From Phyllobates terribilis (Eukaryota): a stretch of DNA of 64,000 bases. This document shows, in pieces, positions 51,960 through 63,198 of this stretch. Location of the stretch: positions 932,232,001 through 932,296,000 of the forward strand of contig NW_027362762.1 in the NCBI RefSeq assembly GCF_046119375.1. Reading direction: 5' to 3'. Under the pieces are notes generated by a model. It saw nothing but the letters and a program-made list of their open reading frames with translations, ran no database searches and was not told where the DNA came from. The number at the start of each line of letters is the position of its first letter. Position 1 is the stretch's first letter. A program made the translations under genes and the position numbers.

Positions 51960-53735
51960 GAACGGGTCCAGCAGTATAGGCAAAGTAACTCAGCGATATA
52001 GCAGAGCTTGGTTTGTCACAGAGTTCAAAATAGAACTGGCACATCAATACAACAGAGTAACCAAGTTATACAACAGAGCTGGGTCTATTATGAAGTCCAA
52101 GGGAAAGCTAGCACAGTGATAAGGTATGGGAGCCCAGCGACATATCACAGATGGGTTTGTCGCCGAGTACAAAGCTGAGTTGATCAGGGGCATTGCTGAG
52201 CTTGCTTTGTCACAGTATCCAAGGCAGAGCTGACTAGCGGTATAGCAGAGATGCCCAGTGATATTGCAGAGCTGGGTTTGTCGCAGAGTTCAAGGCAGAT
52301 CTGACCAGCAGTATAGTGCTAAGTTTGTAACAGAGTTCAAAATAGAACTGGCACATAAATAATGCAGGGTGTCCAAGTGATATAACAGAGCTGGGTCTAT
52401 TATGAAGTTCAAGGGATAGCTGGCACGGTGATAAGGCATGGGATCCCAGTGACATAACAGAGATGGGTTTGTCACCAAGTACAAGACTAAGCTGATCAGG
52501 GGCATTGCTGAGCTTGGTTTGTCACAGTATCCAAGACAGAGCTGACTAGCGGGATAGAAGAGTTGGCCCAAGATATAGTAGAGCTTGGTTTGCCAAAGAA
52601 TTCAAGACAGATCTGACAAGCAGTATAACAGAGTTGCCCAGTGATGTAGCAGAGTTGGGTTTGCCACAAAATTCAAGGCATTTCTGACCAGCAGTATAGC
52701 AGAGTTGCCCAGTGATATAACAGAGCTGGTTTTGACACAGAGTTCAAGACAGATCTGACCAGCAGTATAGCAGAGTTGCCCAGTGATATAACAGAGCTGG
52801 TTTTGACACAGAGTTCAAGACAGATCTGACCAGCAGTATAGCAGAGTTGCTCAGTGATATAACAGAGCTGGTTTTGACACAGAGTTGAAGACAGATCTGA
52901 CCAGCAGTATAGCAGAGTTGCTCACTGATATAACAGAGCTGGTTTTGACACAGAGTTCAAGACAGATCTGACCAGCAGTATAGCAGAGTTGCTCAGTGAT
53001 ATAACAGAGCTGGTTTTGACACAGAGTTCAAGACAGATCTGACCAGCAGTATAGCAGAGTTGCTCAGTGATATAACAGAGCTGGTTTTGACACAGAGTTG
53101 AAGACAGATCTGACCAGCAGTATAGCAGAGTTGCTCACTGATATAGCAGTGCTAAGTTTGTAACTGAGTTCAAAATGGAACTAGCACATAAATAATGCAG
53201 GGTGACCACGTCTATTATGAAGTTCAAGGGATAGCTGGCACAGTGATAAGGCATGGGAGCCCAGAGACATAACAAAGATGGGTTTGTCACCGAGTACAAG
53301 ACTGAGCTGATCAGGGGCATCGCTGAGCTTGGTTTGTCACAGTATTTAAGGCAGACCTGACTAGCAGGATAGTAGAGTTGGTTCGAGATATGGCCCGAGA
53401 TATACCGGATCCGGGTTTTCCAAGGCAGAGGCAGAGCTGATCAGCCTTATAGCAGATTTGCCCAACGATATAGCAGAGCTGGTTTTGTCACAGATGTCAA
53501 GGCAGAGCTGACGAGCAGTATAGCAGAGCTGACGAGCAGTATAGCAGAGTTGACCAGCGGTAAGGCACCGTTGACAAGTGATGTAGCAGAGGTGTGTCTG
53601 TCATAGAGTTCAAGGAAGAACTTACCAGCAATGTAGCAGAGTTGCCGAGACATATAGCAAAGCTGGATTTGCTACAGCGTTCAAGGCAGAGCTGACCAGT
53701 GGTATAGAAGAGTTAGTAGCAGAGCTGGGTTTGTT
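51960..53735. repeat. Complex satellite: three blocks of about 310 bp plus six near-perfect 71-bp units
   Basis: gagttcaaaat.gaact.gcacat at 52021, 52333 and 53166; ttttgacaca at 52730, 52801, 52872, 52943, 53014 and 53085. Confidence 0.85.
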
Positions 53736-54319
53736 AGAAGGTTGCCGCCTGAGCCAGGTGATACGGCCCGAAATAAAGAAGTCACTTAAGTGCAACAGAT
53801 TTCCATGGAAACCCGACTCACAGATCCCTAATTTACCAGGTCTCCAAAATTTTAACAAATCGGGCAAATTTGGTTATGACCCAGTCAAAAATAGGTGTGG
53901 TTTACATAAACCTTACTCAAACGTGGACACATCTGTCGTTCATCTATTCTACTAACCGAGATTAGTTTATGAAAGGGAATGAGGCCGTCCCAACGTACGT
54001 CAGCGGGCAACAACTTCCCCACGATGGGCAATGATGGAGAATTACGGAACCCACTGACTATAATAGGGTCTGTTAGGGTTTCACCATTTGGATGGAAAAA
54101 AATAATGATAATGGCAGATGTAAACCTAAGTCGCAAAAAAATGGTCAATGTTATGCACTATCCCCTAATAATGCAGTGCGCTTTCTCTTACTATCTTGTT
54201 TCAAAGGTCTCTGATTATGAAAATAAAATTTGCAAAAATAAATTCAACTTTAACTGAATGAAAACAAAAAAAAAAGATAACATGATTCAGATCATCAGAA
54301 AAACGAGATGGAAACCAAA

Positions 54320-54650
54320 ACACGCAGAGGCCGGCGGCGGCGGCGCGCCCGGGGCGTTCACGAGCGGCTGCAGCTAATCACGTGATTTCCCCCTCTGCTT
54401 CTCCTACTTCTCCACTGTTATTGGTCGGATCAGGTGGCAATCAAATGACTTCAGCCAATCAGAAGACAAGTTATGATCGCTGCTCTCTGGAGGGGAGGGG
54501 CGAAGGAGCGGCGCAGTCCGCTGCTTTTCAGCCTGGACAGAGATGAGGAAGATCCCGAGAAGGTGACGAGGCGGCGAGATGTGTGTGAGTCCCCGCGCCC
54601 TGTGACGTGTGCTCCGCACGGCATGCTGGGACTTGTAGTTCCAGCAAGTA
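54320..54650. promoter_or_regulatory. CpG-rich promoter with a candidate first exon ending at 54584 (plus strand), gene unidentified
   Basis: TCACGTGA 54378-54385, ATTGG 54420, CCAAT 54455, ZNF143/THAP11-type motif 54621-54640, donor TGT|gtgagt at 54585. Confidence 0.6.
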
Positions 54651-54839
54651 GTTGTGGTGTATCTGTGCACTGTATGGCGGCATTATTTCCTCCTGTGTGT
54701 TATTGGGCGCTGTATGGTGTCACCATTGTATGTTATCATTGTCCTGGCACTGGGGTTCCTCTATATTCTGTAGTGGCACTCTGTCACTTCCCCATGGTAT
54801 TATTTTGACACCTTAATGTCTCCATTGTATGGTGGAGTT

Positions 54840-55352
54840 ATCCTGGCATAGTATGACGCTGTTATCACCTATTATATGGCGGTATTATTTTGGTTAGTGT
54901 GGCGCTGTTATTACCTATTGTATGGCGGTAATATTATGGCACTGTTATCACCTATTGTATGGCGGCATTATATTGGGTACTATGGCACTGTTATTACCTA
55001 TTGTATGGCGGTAATATTATGGCACTGTTATTACCTATTGTAGGATGGTATTATTTTGGTGTGGCACTGTTATTACCTATTGTATGGCGGTATTATATTG
55101 GTTACTATGGCCCTGTTATTACCTATTGTATGGCAGGATTATTTTTGTTAGTATGGCACTGTTATCACCTATTATATGACGATATTATATTGGTTAGTAT
55201 AGCGCTGTTATCACCTATTATATGGCGGTATTATTTTGGTTAGTTTAGCGCTGTTATCACCTATTGTATGGCGGTATTATATTGGGTACTATGGCACTGT
55301 TATTACCTATTGTATGGCGGTATTATTTTGGTTAGTATAGCGCTGTTATCAC
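54840..55352. repeat. Degenerate AT-rich minisatellite, about 44-bp unit
   Basis: Repeated ggcactgttattacctattgtatggcggtattat; resumes at 63185 after the MITE. Confidence 0.85.
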
Positions 55353-56001
55353 CAGGGCTGTGGAGTCGGTAAGCCAAACCTCCGACTCCTAAATTTCCAT
55401 GACTCTAACTCCACGCCTCCCTCATACATGGCTCATGTGATGGTGATAAATTTACTGCAGCACAGATTCATCTCAGCTAAAAAGTATAAGATGTACCGTA
55501 TAGTACTAAATGGTATAATGAAAAAACAAAAAATAGGAAATGTGTTGCCCAGAAAAAATGGGACAATCCTATATAGGTACAGTCAAAGAGTCCTATGAGA
55601 TACCCCCTCACAGGTAAGCTGGTAGAGTCTTATAGGTAGTAATAGTGATAGAATCCACCAACAGACCATACCCTTTCTAGCACAATTCCCACCCGGCAGT
55701 AAACCATATCAATTACAGAAACCATATCAATTACAGCCACACTATTAATAGGCTTACATACCGATACATGGCCATAGGGAATAGTACAGGCTAACTTAGT
55801 ACATGTAAGATCAGCCAAACATATATATATGCAAAAAGACAGTCAAATTACGTCTGTGGTTAACTAAACCATGTAACCACATAAAAATTATACCACCATA
55901 TACTCGTGGTGTCAAAAATACATCATTCGATCATAGAGGAAACCTATTCAACTTATCTGATCCTCCATTGATGATGGTATGAGAAGACATATGTAGGCGG
56001 G

Positions 56002-56035
56002 CTCCCGACGCTTTTCCCTTTTGTCATCAGGGGAG
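56002..56035 (-). ncRNA. Type I hammerhead ribozyme motif, mutated copy
   Basis: CTCCC CTGATGA caaaagg GAAA AGCG TC GGGAG; C-to-A change at the first stem III position relative to the 61937 copy. Confidence 0.7.
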
Positions 56036-56733
56036 TAAATATGCCCAGATTTATGCCCCCATTTGCTTGAATATGTTGGACGGCTGATTTATTTCCAGAA
56101 ATGATCATGGTGCTTCTTATACACATGCTGCACGCTAGACCCGGCGGTGCACTTCCGGGTATGACGCAATATCCTGTACGCGGTCACAAATGAGTGACAA
56201 CATCCGGTCACATGGAGAGCACCATTCCCGCGCATGCGCACATGGTATTCAATAGGATTCCTCTTTCATACCACATGCTGGCAGGGGGCGTGTTGGTAAA
56301 TACACGCTCATCATGGTGACGCTCCGGATGCAGAGCTCATTACGATATATCCGCATCACAGAGTGATCCAGTGAACTCAAAGCACAAAATCGATGAGATC
56401 ACTCCGGATCACATACCACAGAGTAAAGTGCAGTACCTGGTCACAGTATTAAGATAGATACATATATATACACAGGATCACTGAGGTCAAGAGATACAAT
56501 AGATAGAACAAAAAACCTGAGGAATATAGAAAATAATCATGTAGGGGCCCCCCGAGCTCGCATGGACACGACCAGAGGATATGTAAGAACAAGGTGGGAA
56601 AAAGTATGAGGAGGACCTATCGTAGCCCTAGATTAAAGCTAATATAGTAGCTGGCCCTACCCAACGCGGAGGTTGGCACCCTATGGGGAACGAGATTGGC
56701 GCCCCCACTCGTCGGCGGCTGGCCCTACTTTTC

Positions 56734-59700
56734 CTAGTCCCTGTAAGGCCCTCTGATTACAAAAAAAGAGATGAAGGATAGTTGTTCATTGAGACCATGT
56801 GGTTGCAATGTCTTAAGGCAAAAAATCCATTTACATTCTTTTTGTAAGATCCTTTGGTCCCAATTTCCCCCTCTATCAGAAGGTTTTATCCTGTCCATTC
56901 CCATAAACTGGATGTATCTGACATCTCCACCATGCATAGTATTGATGTGGTTAGATGCCGGAGTGTCACCTTTGTTAACAATGTCACGAACATGTTCTCT
57001 AATTCTCTTTCTAAACTCACGTTTTGTCTTGCCCACATATTCCATGCCACAGCGACATGTGGCCTTGTATATTACTCCGGTGGTGCGACAATTGATGAAA
57101 TGTCTTATGGTGTATTCCTTCCCAGTCACATTTCCAAAAAAGGTCCTGCCCTTCGTCACGGACTCACAAGCACAACAGTTTCCACACCTATAGCAACCCT
57201 TGGTTTGATTGCCCAGCCATAATGGATCAGGGGTCTCCTTGAAAAAACTATGTACCAGCCTATCCTTGAGTGACCTACCTTTACAAAAAGTGATTTGAGG
57301 AAAAGGACCCACTGCCTCTCTGACGTCTGCATCCATAAGCAAAATAGGCCAGTGACGTTTGAGAATCTCTCTGACCTCATTGGCCCCACTGGAGAAAGTG
57401 GTGATAAATCTAGAGATATCCACCTCTCCTTTAACAGTCTTAGGGGTCAATAGAGTCTTACGATCTTTTACCAATGAGTTATTGTAGGCTTCTGAAAGAA
57501 TGTTTTTGGGATAGCCTCTCTCAACAAAACGTTCACGTAGGTCATTGGCCTGTTTTTTAAACACATTAAGGTCAGAACAATTTCTACGTATCCTCAAATA
57601 TTGTCCTTTTGAGATTCCTCTTTTTAGTGGGCCAGGATGACCACTCTCCCACCTCAAGAGAGAATTAGTGGCCGTAGGTTTTCTAGAATTGCTTGTGCTC
57701 AATTCACCATTTTCTTTTCTCTGAATGCAGACATCGAGAAACGGCAGTCTGTTATAATTGCACTCATACGTAAATCGTAGGCCGATATTATTCGTGTTAA
57801 GTTGTGTAACAAAGTCACCAAAGAGAGATTCAGATCCTCTCCAAATGACGAATATGTCATCAATATATCGTAGCCAGATGATGACTCTGTCACTCAAAGG
57901 AATGGCAGGTTCACAGAAAACCTTTGTTTCCTCCCACCAGCCCAGGAACAAATTAGCATACGAGGGGGCACAAGGGCTCCCCATCGCAGTGCCCCTGAGC
58001 TGGTGGAAGTACTTTTTATCAAAAAGAAAGAAGTTTCTGGTAAGACAAAATTCAAGGGAACATAGAACAAAGGTGTTGTGTCTACTAAATTGACGACCTC
58101 TAGCACCTAGGTAATGGTCCACCGCTTTAAGACCCATCGCATGTGGAATGGATGTATATAATGCTTCTACATCGATGCTACATAAAATCATGTCAGATTC
58201 AAGGCAGACCCCATCCAGTTTACTCAATAGGTCTGTGGTATCGCGAACATGCGAGCTCAGGGACCCCACAAATGGTTTAAGTATACGATCAAGATAAATA
58301 CCCAAATTTTGTGTGAGACAATTAGTACCCGCCACTATAGGTCTACCCTTCAGGGGATTGCAACCCTTATGTATTTTGGGCAGACAATAGAAAGTAGCCA
58401 TAGTCTGATACTGTGGACAAAGAAAATCCCTTTCTTTATTAGCCAAAAGTCGAGTGGCAACTCCCTCATCAACGAAAAGCTTCAGCTCCCTTAAAAGACC
58501 TGTTGTGGGATTAGTGGCAACAACTTCATAACTCGTACGATCTTTAAGTATACGATAGTTAAGTAGTTCCCACCTTTATCAGAGTGTTTGATAGTAATCT
58601 TAGTGTCATTTTCAAGACCACAGAGACTCTGCATTTCAAGTTTCGTGAGATTATTCCTGGAAGTAGGTTTTGTAGAGGGTAGATCCATGATATCTTTCGT
58701 AACAAGATCAAGAAAGACATCTATAGATCCAGGGTCACTAGATTGCGGAGGCATACTTCTACTTTTGTTTTTGAGGGTTGTGAAGGGACCATTCCCATCA
58801 AGATTACAGTTGCTATCTCCCAGATGGTTAATGGAATCTAACATCTTGAAGTAAATCCTCTGCAATGCCCAATTCAGAACAGGTTCTCCTATTCTCCCGA
58901 TTTAAAATGTTTTTTCCACCTTAACTTCCTGATGAAAAGATTAAGATCCTTAATTAATGGTTTCAAAGTGATTCAAATCAGTGGTCGGGACAAAGGAAAG
59001 GCCTTTACTTAAAACACACATTTCTGTGCAGTTAATGGGCCTGGAGGATAGATTGATAACCTGGGATTCGTGCTGTCCAGGAGAGCTACTGTGGGGTTGG
59101 TTAATGTGGGAGTTGGGAGGTAAATATTCTCCAAAAGAGGAGGTACTGCTGGAATTTAGACGGTTGCGCAGAGGATAATTGTACTCTAAAAAACCGTCCC
59201 TTTGAGGAGATCTCCTACCACCTCCTCTATTGCCTCGATTACCCCCTCTTCCTCTCCCTTTACCCCTAGAATGTCTAGGTCGAACCTCTGAATCAGAGAC
59301 CTCAGTCTCAGAAGAAGTGTCAGTCTCAGGTCCCCTCTGAGTGCATCCTATGGATATGGAGTATGCTTTGTTATCCCTGAACTCCTGAAGGTCTCTACTA
59401 TACAGTCTATGTTTTTGTTCTTTCAGATGAAACTGAAATTTCTCTAGACCATTTTGGAGACCTATCTCCTTGTTTTGGAATTCAGGTTCTGCTGAAAAAT
59501 TTTTTGTAATTTCAATTTGTTCCTTAAGAGATTCATTCAAATTATGTAAATTCACTCTTTCCTCCTCTAACAAAAGCTTCATAAGTCTCAAGGAACTTTC
59601 TGTTGCTTCCTTTTCCCACTTGATCAATAAATTTGGATTTTTATAACGATAGCCTGGTGACAGAGCAATGCTAAGATGGCATGGTACAATGCCCGACTTA

Positions 59701-59891
59701 ATATAATTGTCCAGGCTCTGCACCTGCCACCAGGATACAATCTGATCTCTATAAGTCTTAGTAAGGTCCTTAAAGGCTGTGTTGAATGAGGGAGTATACC
59801 TCTTTTGGATAAAAGTACAGTCTGAAAAGACCTCCTTGGCCTCAGTGATCCACACTTTAGTATCAATACCTGTTGACAGGAAACCTGCCAT
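56734..59891 (-). pseudogene. Penelope-like RT/GIY-YIG ORF broken by frameshifts
   Basis: VINLS...LSKGLSFVPT N-domain, RT motifs, CYRCGNCCAC linker, GIY-YIG. Frame breaks near 58950, 58870 and 58470. Confidence 0.9.
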
Positions 59892-60392
59892 ACTATAATA
59901 AATATATTAGGATAAGCTAATGTGGTACCCAATCAATTGTACAAAAAATAGCAGAGGGATAAAAATTAACCTTTAATAGAAACGTTTAAAACAGACTCAA
60001 AGTGCAATTGTGCATCAAAAAGTATAAGATGTACCGTATAGTACTAAATGGTATAATGAAAAACCAAAAAATAGGAAATGTGTTGCCCAGAAAAAATGGG
60101 ACAATCCTATATAGGTACAGTCAACCGGAGTAATATACAAGGCCACATGTCGCTGTGGCATGGAATATGTGGGCAAGACGAAAGGTGAGTTTAGAAAGAG
60201 AATTAGAGAACATGTTCGTGACATTGTTAACAAAGGTGACACTCCGGCATCTAACCACATCAATACTATGCATGGTGGAGATGTCAGATACATCCAGTTT
60301 ATGGGAATGGACAGGATAAAACCTTCTGATAGAGGGGGAAATTGGGACCAAAGGATCTTACAAAAAGAATGTAAATGGATTTTTTGGCTTAA

Positions 60393-61155
60393 GGCTATGT
60401 GCCCACGATGCAGAAATGAAGCAGAAAATTTCTGCAGCCTTTCTGCATCTCCCTGGCAGCAAAAACGCATGCAGATTGACAAGAGCTTTCCAGGCGATAG
60501 CATCACTTGGAAAGTGCTTGACAACTAGGTCACACTGTATAAATCCATGCAACCGGCATGGATTTTTACAGTGTGAACTGTAAAAATTAAAACAAATAAA
60601 GCTATACTCACCCCCGATGCCCCGGCGTGGCTGCAGCGCTGCTTCCTGTCTGGTTCCTGGATGCCATCATATCGCGAGACAGAGCGGTGAAGGGCCTGCG
60701 GTCACATGACTGTGACGTCACCGCAGGTCCTCAAGCGATGCCAGCATTCAGAGAGAAGCCGTCGGACAGGTGAATATAACTTTGTTATTTTATTCTTTTT
60801 TTACAGGTACAATGGTACCCAGGTCTGGATGAGAGTCTTCTCTCCTCCAGAACTGGGTACCATCCGCACATAGAGACGCATAGAAGCCGCTTGTAAAAAT
60901 GTACAGTCGCGGTTTCTATGCGTCTCAATGCAAGTCAATGGCGGGAGTTCCGCTGCGCTTCCGCAAAATTAAATGACATGCTGCGGATTTTTGTACGCAG
61001 CATAAACGCTGCGGAAAAATCCACAGCATGAGCATAGAACATGCGGAATCCCTTTGGGGACCATGGGGGGCGGATTACCTAGCGTTTCACAAGCGTTTCC
61101 GCTGCGGAAATTCCGCAGCATAAACGCTTGAAAAACGCTACATGGGCACCCAGCC
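60393..61155. mobile_element. PIF/Harbinger-type MITE in the right Penelope arm
   Basis: GGCTATGTGCCCAC / TGGGCACCCAGCC ends; same family as 24207-25047; absent from the left arm. Confidence 0.88.
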
Positions 61156-61936
61156 TTAGACCATTGCAACCACATGGTCTCAATGAGCAACTATCCTTCA
61201 TCTCTTTTTTTGTAATCAGAGGGCCTTACAGGGACTAGGAAAAGTAGGGCCAGCCGCCAACGAGTGGGGGCGCCAATCTCGTTCCCCATAGGGTGCCAAC
61301 CTCCGCGTTAGGTAGGGCCAGCTACTATATTAGCTTTAATCTAGGGCTACGATAGGTCCTCCTCATACTTTTTCCCACCTTGTTCTTACATATCCTCTGG
61401 TCGTGTCCATGCGAGCTCGGGGGGCCCCCACATGATTATTTTCTATATTCCTCAGGTTGTTTGTTCTATCTATTGTATCTCTTGACCTCAGTGATCCTGT
61501 GTATATATATGTATCTATCTTAATACTGTGACCAGGTACTGCACTTTACTCTGTGGTATGTGATCCGGAGTGATCTCATCGATTTTGTGCTTTGAGTTCA
61601 CTGGATCACTCTGTGATGCGGATATATCGTAATGAGCTCTGCATCCGGAGCGTCACCATGATGAGCGTGTATTTACCAACACGCCCCCTGCCAGCATGTG
61701 GTATGAAAGAGGAATCCTATTGAATACCATGTGCGCATGCGCGGGAATGGTGCGCTCCATGTGACCGGATGTTGTCACTCATTTGTGACCGCGCACAGGA
61801 TATTGCGTCATACCCGGAAGTGCACCGCCGGGTCTAGCGTGCAGCATGTGTATAAGAAGCACCATGATCATTTCTGGAAATAAATCAGCCGTCCAACATA
61901 TTCAAGCGAATGGGGGCATAAATCTGGGCATATTTA

Positions 61937-61970
61937 CTCCCCTGATGACAAAAGGGAAACGCGTCGGGAG
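61937..61970 (+). ncRNA. Minimal type I hammerhead ribozyme, intact core
   Basis: Stem I CTCCC/GGGAG, core CTGATGA, one-pair stem II C-AAAAG-G, GAAA, palindromic stem III ACGCGT, GUC cleavage triplet (cut after C61965). Confidence 0.85.
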
Positions 61971-62502
61971 CCCGCCTACATATGTCTTCTCATACCATCA
62001 TTAATGGAGGATCAGATAAGTTGAATAGGTTTCCTCTATGATCAAATGATGTATTTTTGACACCACGAGTATATGGTGGTATAATTTTTATGTGGTTACA
62101 TGGTTTAGTTAACCACAGACGTAATTTGACTGTCTTTTTGCATATATATATGTTTGGCTGATCTTACATGTACTAAGTTAGCCTGTACTATTCCCTATGG
62201 CCATGTATCGGTATGTAAGCCTATTAATAGTGTGGAAGTAATTGATATGGTTTACTGCCAGGTGGGAATTGTGCTAGAAAGGGTATGGTCTGTTGGTGGA
62301 TTCTATCACTATTACTACCTATAAGACTCTACCAGCTTACCTGTGAGGGGGTATCTCATAGGACTCTTTGACTGTACCTATATAGGATTGTCCCATTTTT
62401 TCTGGGCAACACATTTCCTATTTTTTGGTTTTTAATTATACCATTTAGTACTATACGGTACTAGACCCTTAGATCAGGAATAGGACAGACATTTATAGGA
62501 CA

Positions 62503-63031
62503 CTAGATGGACACTAGATGGTGGCCCGATTCAAACGCATTGGGTATTCTAGAATATGTATGCGGTACACCGGGCGCAATCAGCAAAGCGGTGTTTAAAT
62601 TTGGCGCCAATCGTATTAGTGAGGACCGGGGAGCGGTTCTGCCTGTGCGGGTACTTCCGTTGCGAGCAGCCGGAACATGACCGGCTGCTCGCAGCAGAAG
62701 TATCCCAATCGGCGGCGCCGCTCCCCGGTCCTCTCTTCACACTTGCCGTCGGGAGATCAGTGGCCCTAGCCGCTGATCTCCTGACGGTAGCCGCATGAAA
62801 GGTCAGCGGCGCCGCCGGTTGGGGTGGTTCTGCTGCGAGGAGCCGGGAGATGACCGGCTGCATCGCCGCTGACCTCCGTGCGGCAGATGAGCCGCTAACG
62901 GCCGCCATCTTTTTCTGAAATCCCGCGTCGCTGATTGGCCTCGGCCGGACCAATGAGCGATGCGGGATTTCCTGGACAGAAGGACAGACAGACAGAAAGA
63001 CAGACGGGATAAGACAATTATATATATTAGA
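62503..63031 (-). mobile_element. Non-autonomous Helitron
   Basis: Minus strand 5'-TC...cccaatgcgtttgaatcggg hairpin...CTAG-3', inserted between A and T of the MITE, no TSD. Confidence 0.8.
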
Positions 63032-63198
63032 TTTCATAACTTTCCCAAATTCTTATGAAAAAATATTCCCCACAAACTGCATTGAATTACTGCACCCAAT
63101 TTATTATATATCTTAGGAGTCGGAGTCAGTCCATTTTATACCGACTCCACCGAAATGGACACCGACTCCTTATCCACAGCCCTGGTTATCACCTATTG

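Larger units (their letters stand above)
55486..62460 (-). mobile_element. Penelope-like element (RT + GIY-YIG), frameshifted, with inverted pseudo-LTR arms
   Basis: ORF pieces 58950-59891, 58491-58865 and 56734-58446 with LPKIHK, GRPIVA, GTAMGS, WLRYIDD, VIY...YVGKT. Region 60125-62460 is an inverted copy of about 55493-57080. Confidence 0.95.
55353..63184. mobile_element. hAT-type MITE, copy 3, expanded by Penelope and Helitron insertions
   Basis: Same TIRs as copies 1-2; TSD gttatcac on both sides; internal MITE sequence resumes at 62461 and 63032. Confidence 0.92.

Noticed and set aside
52700-53145. Same 71-bp period as the Tc1-derived array at 11707-12061
   Set aside because: The unit sequences are unrelated; the shared length looks coincidental.
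61240-61325. GC-rich structured segment after the Penelope stop codon, tested as an HDV-like ribozyme
   Set aside because: Hairpins can be drawn, but I could not satisfy P1/P1.1 pairing and the GG junction on either strand.
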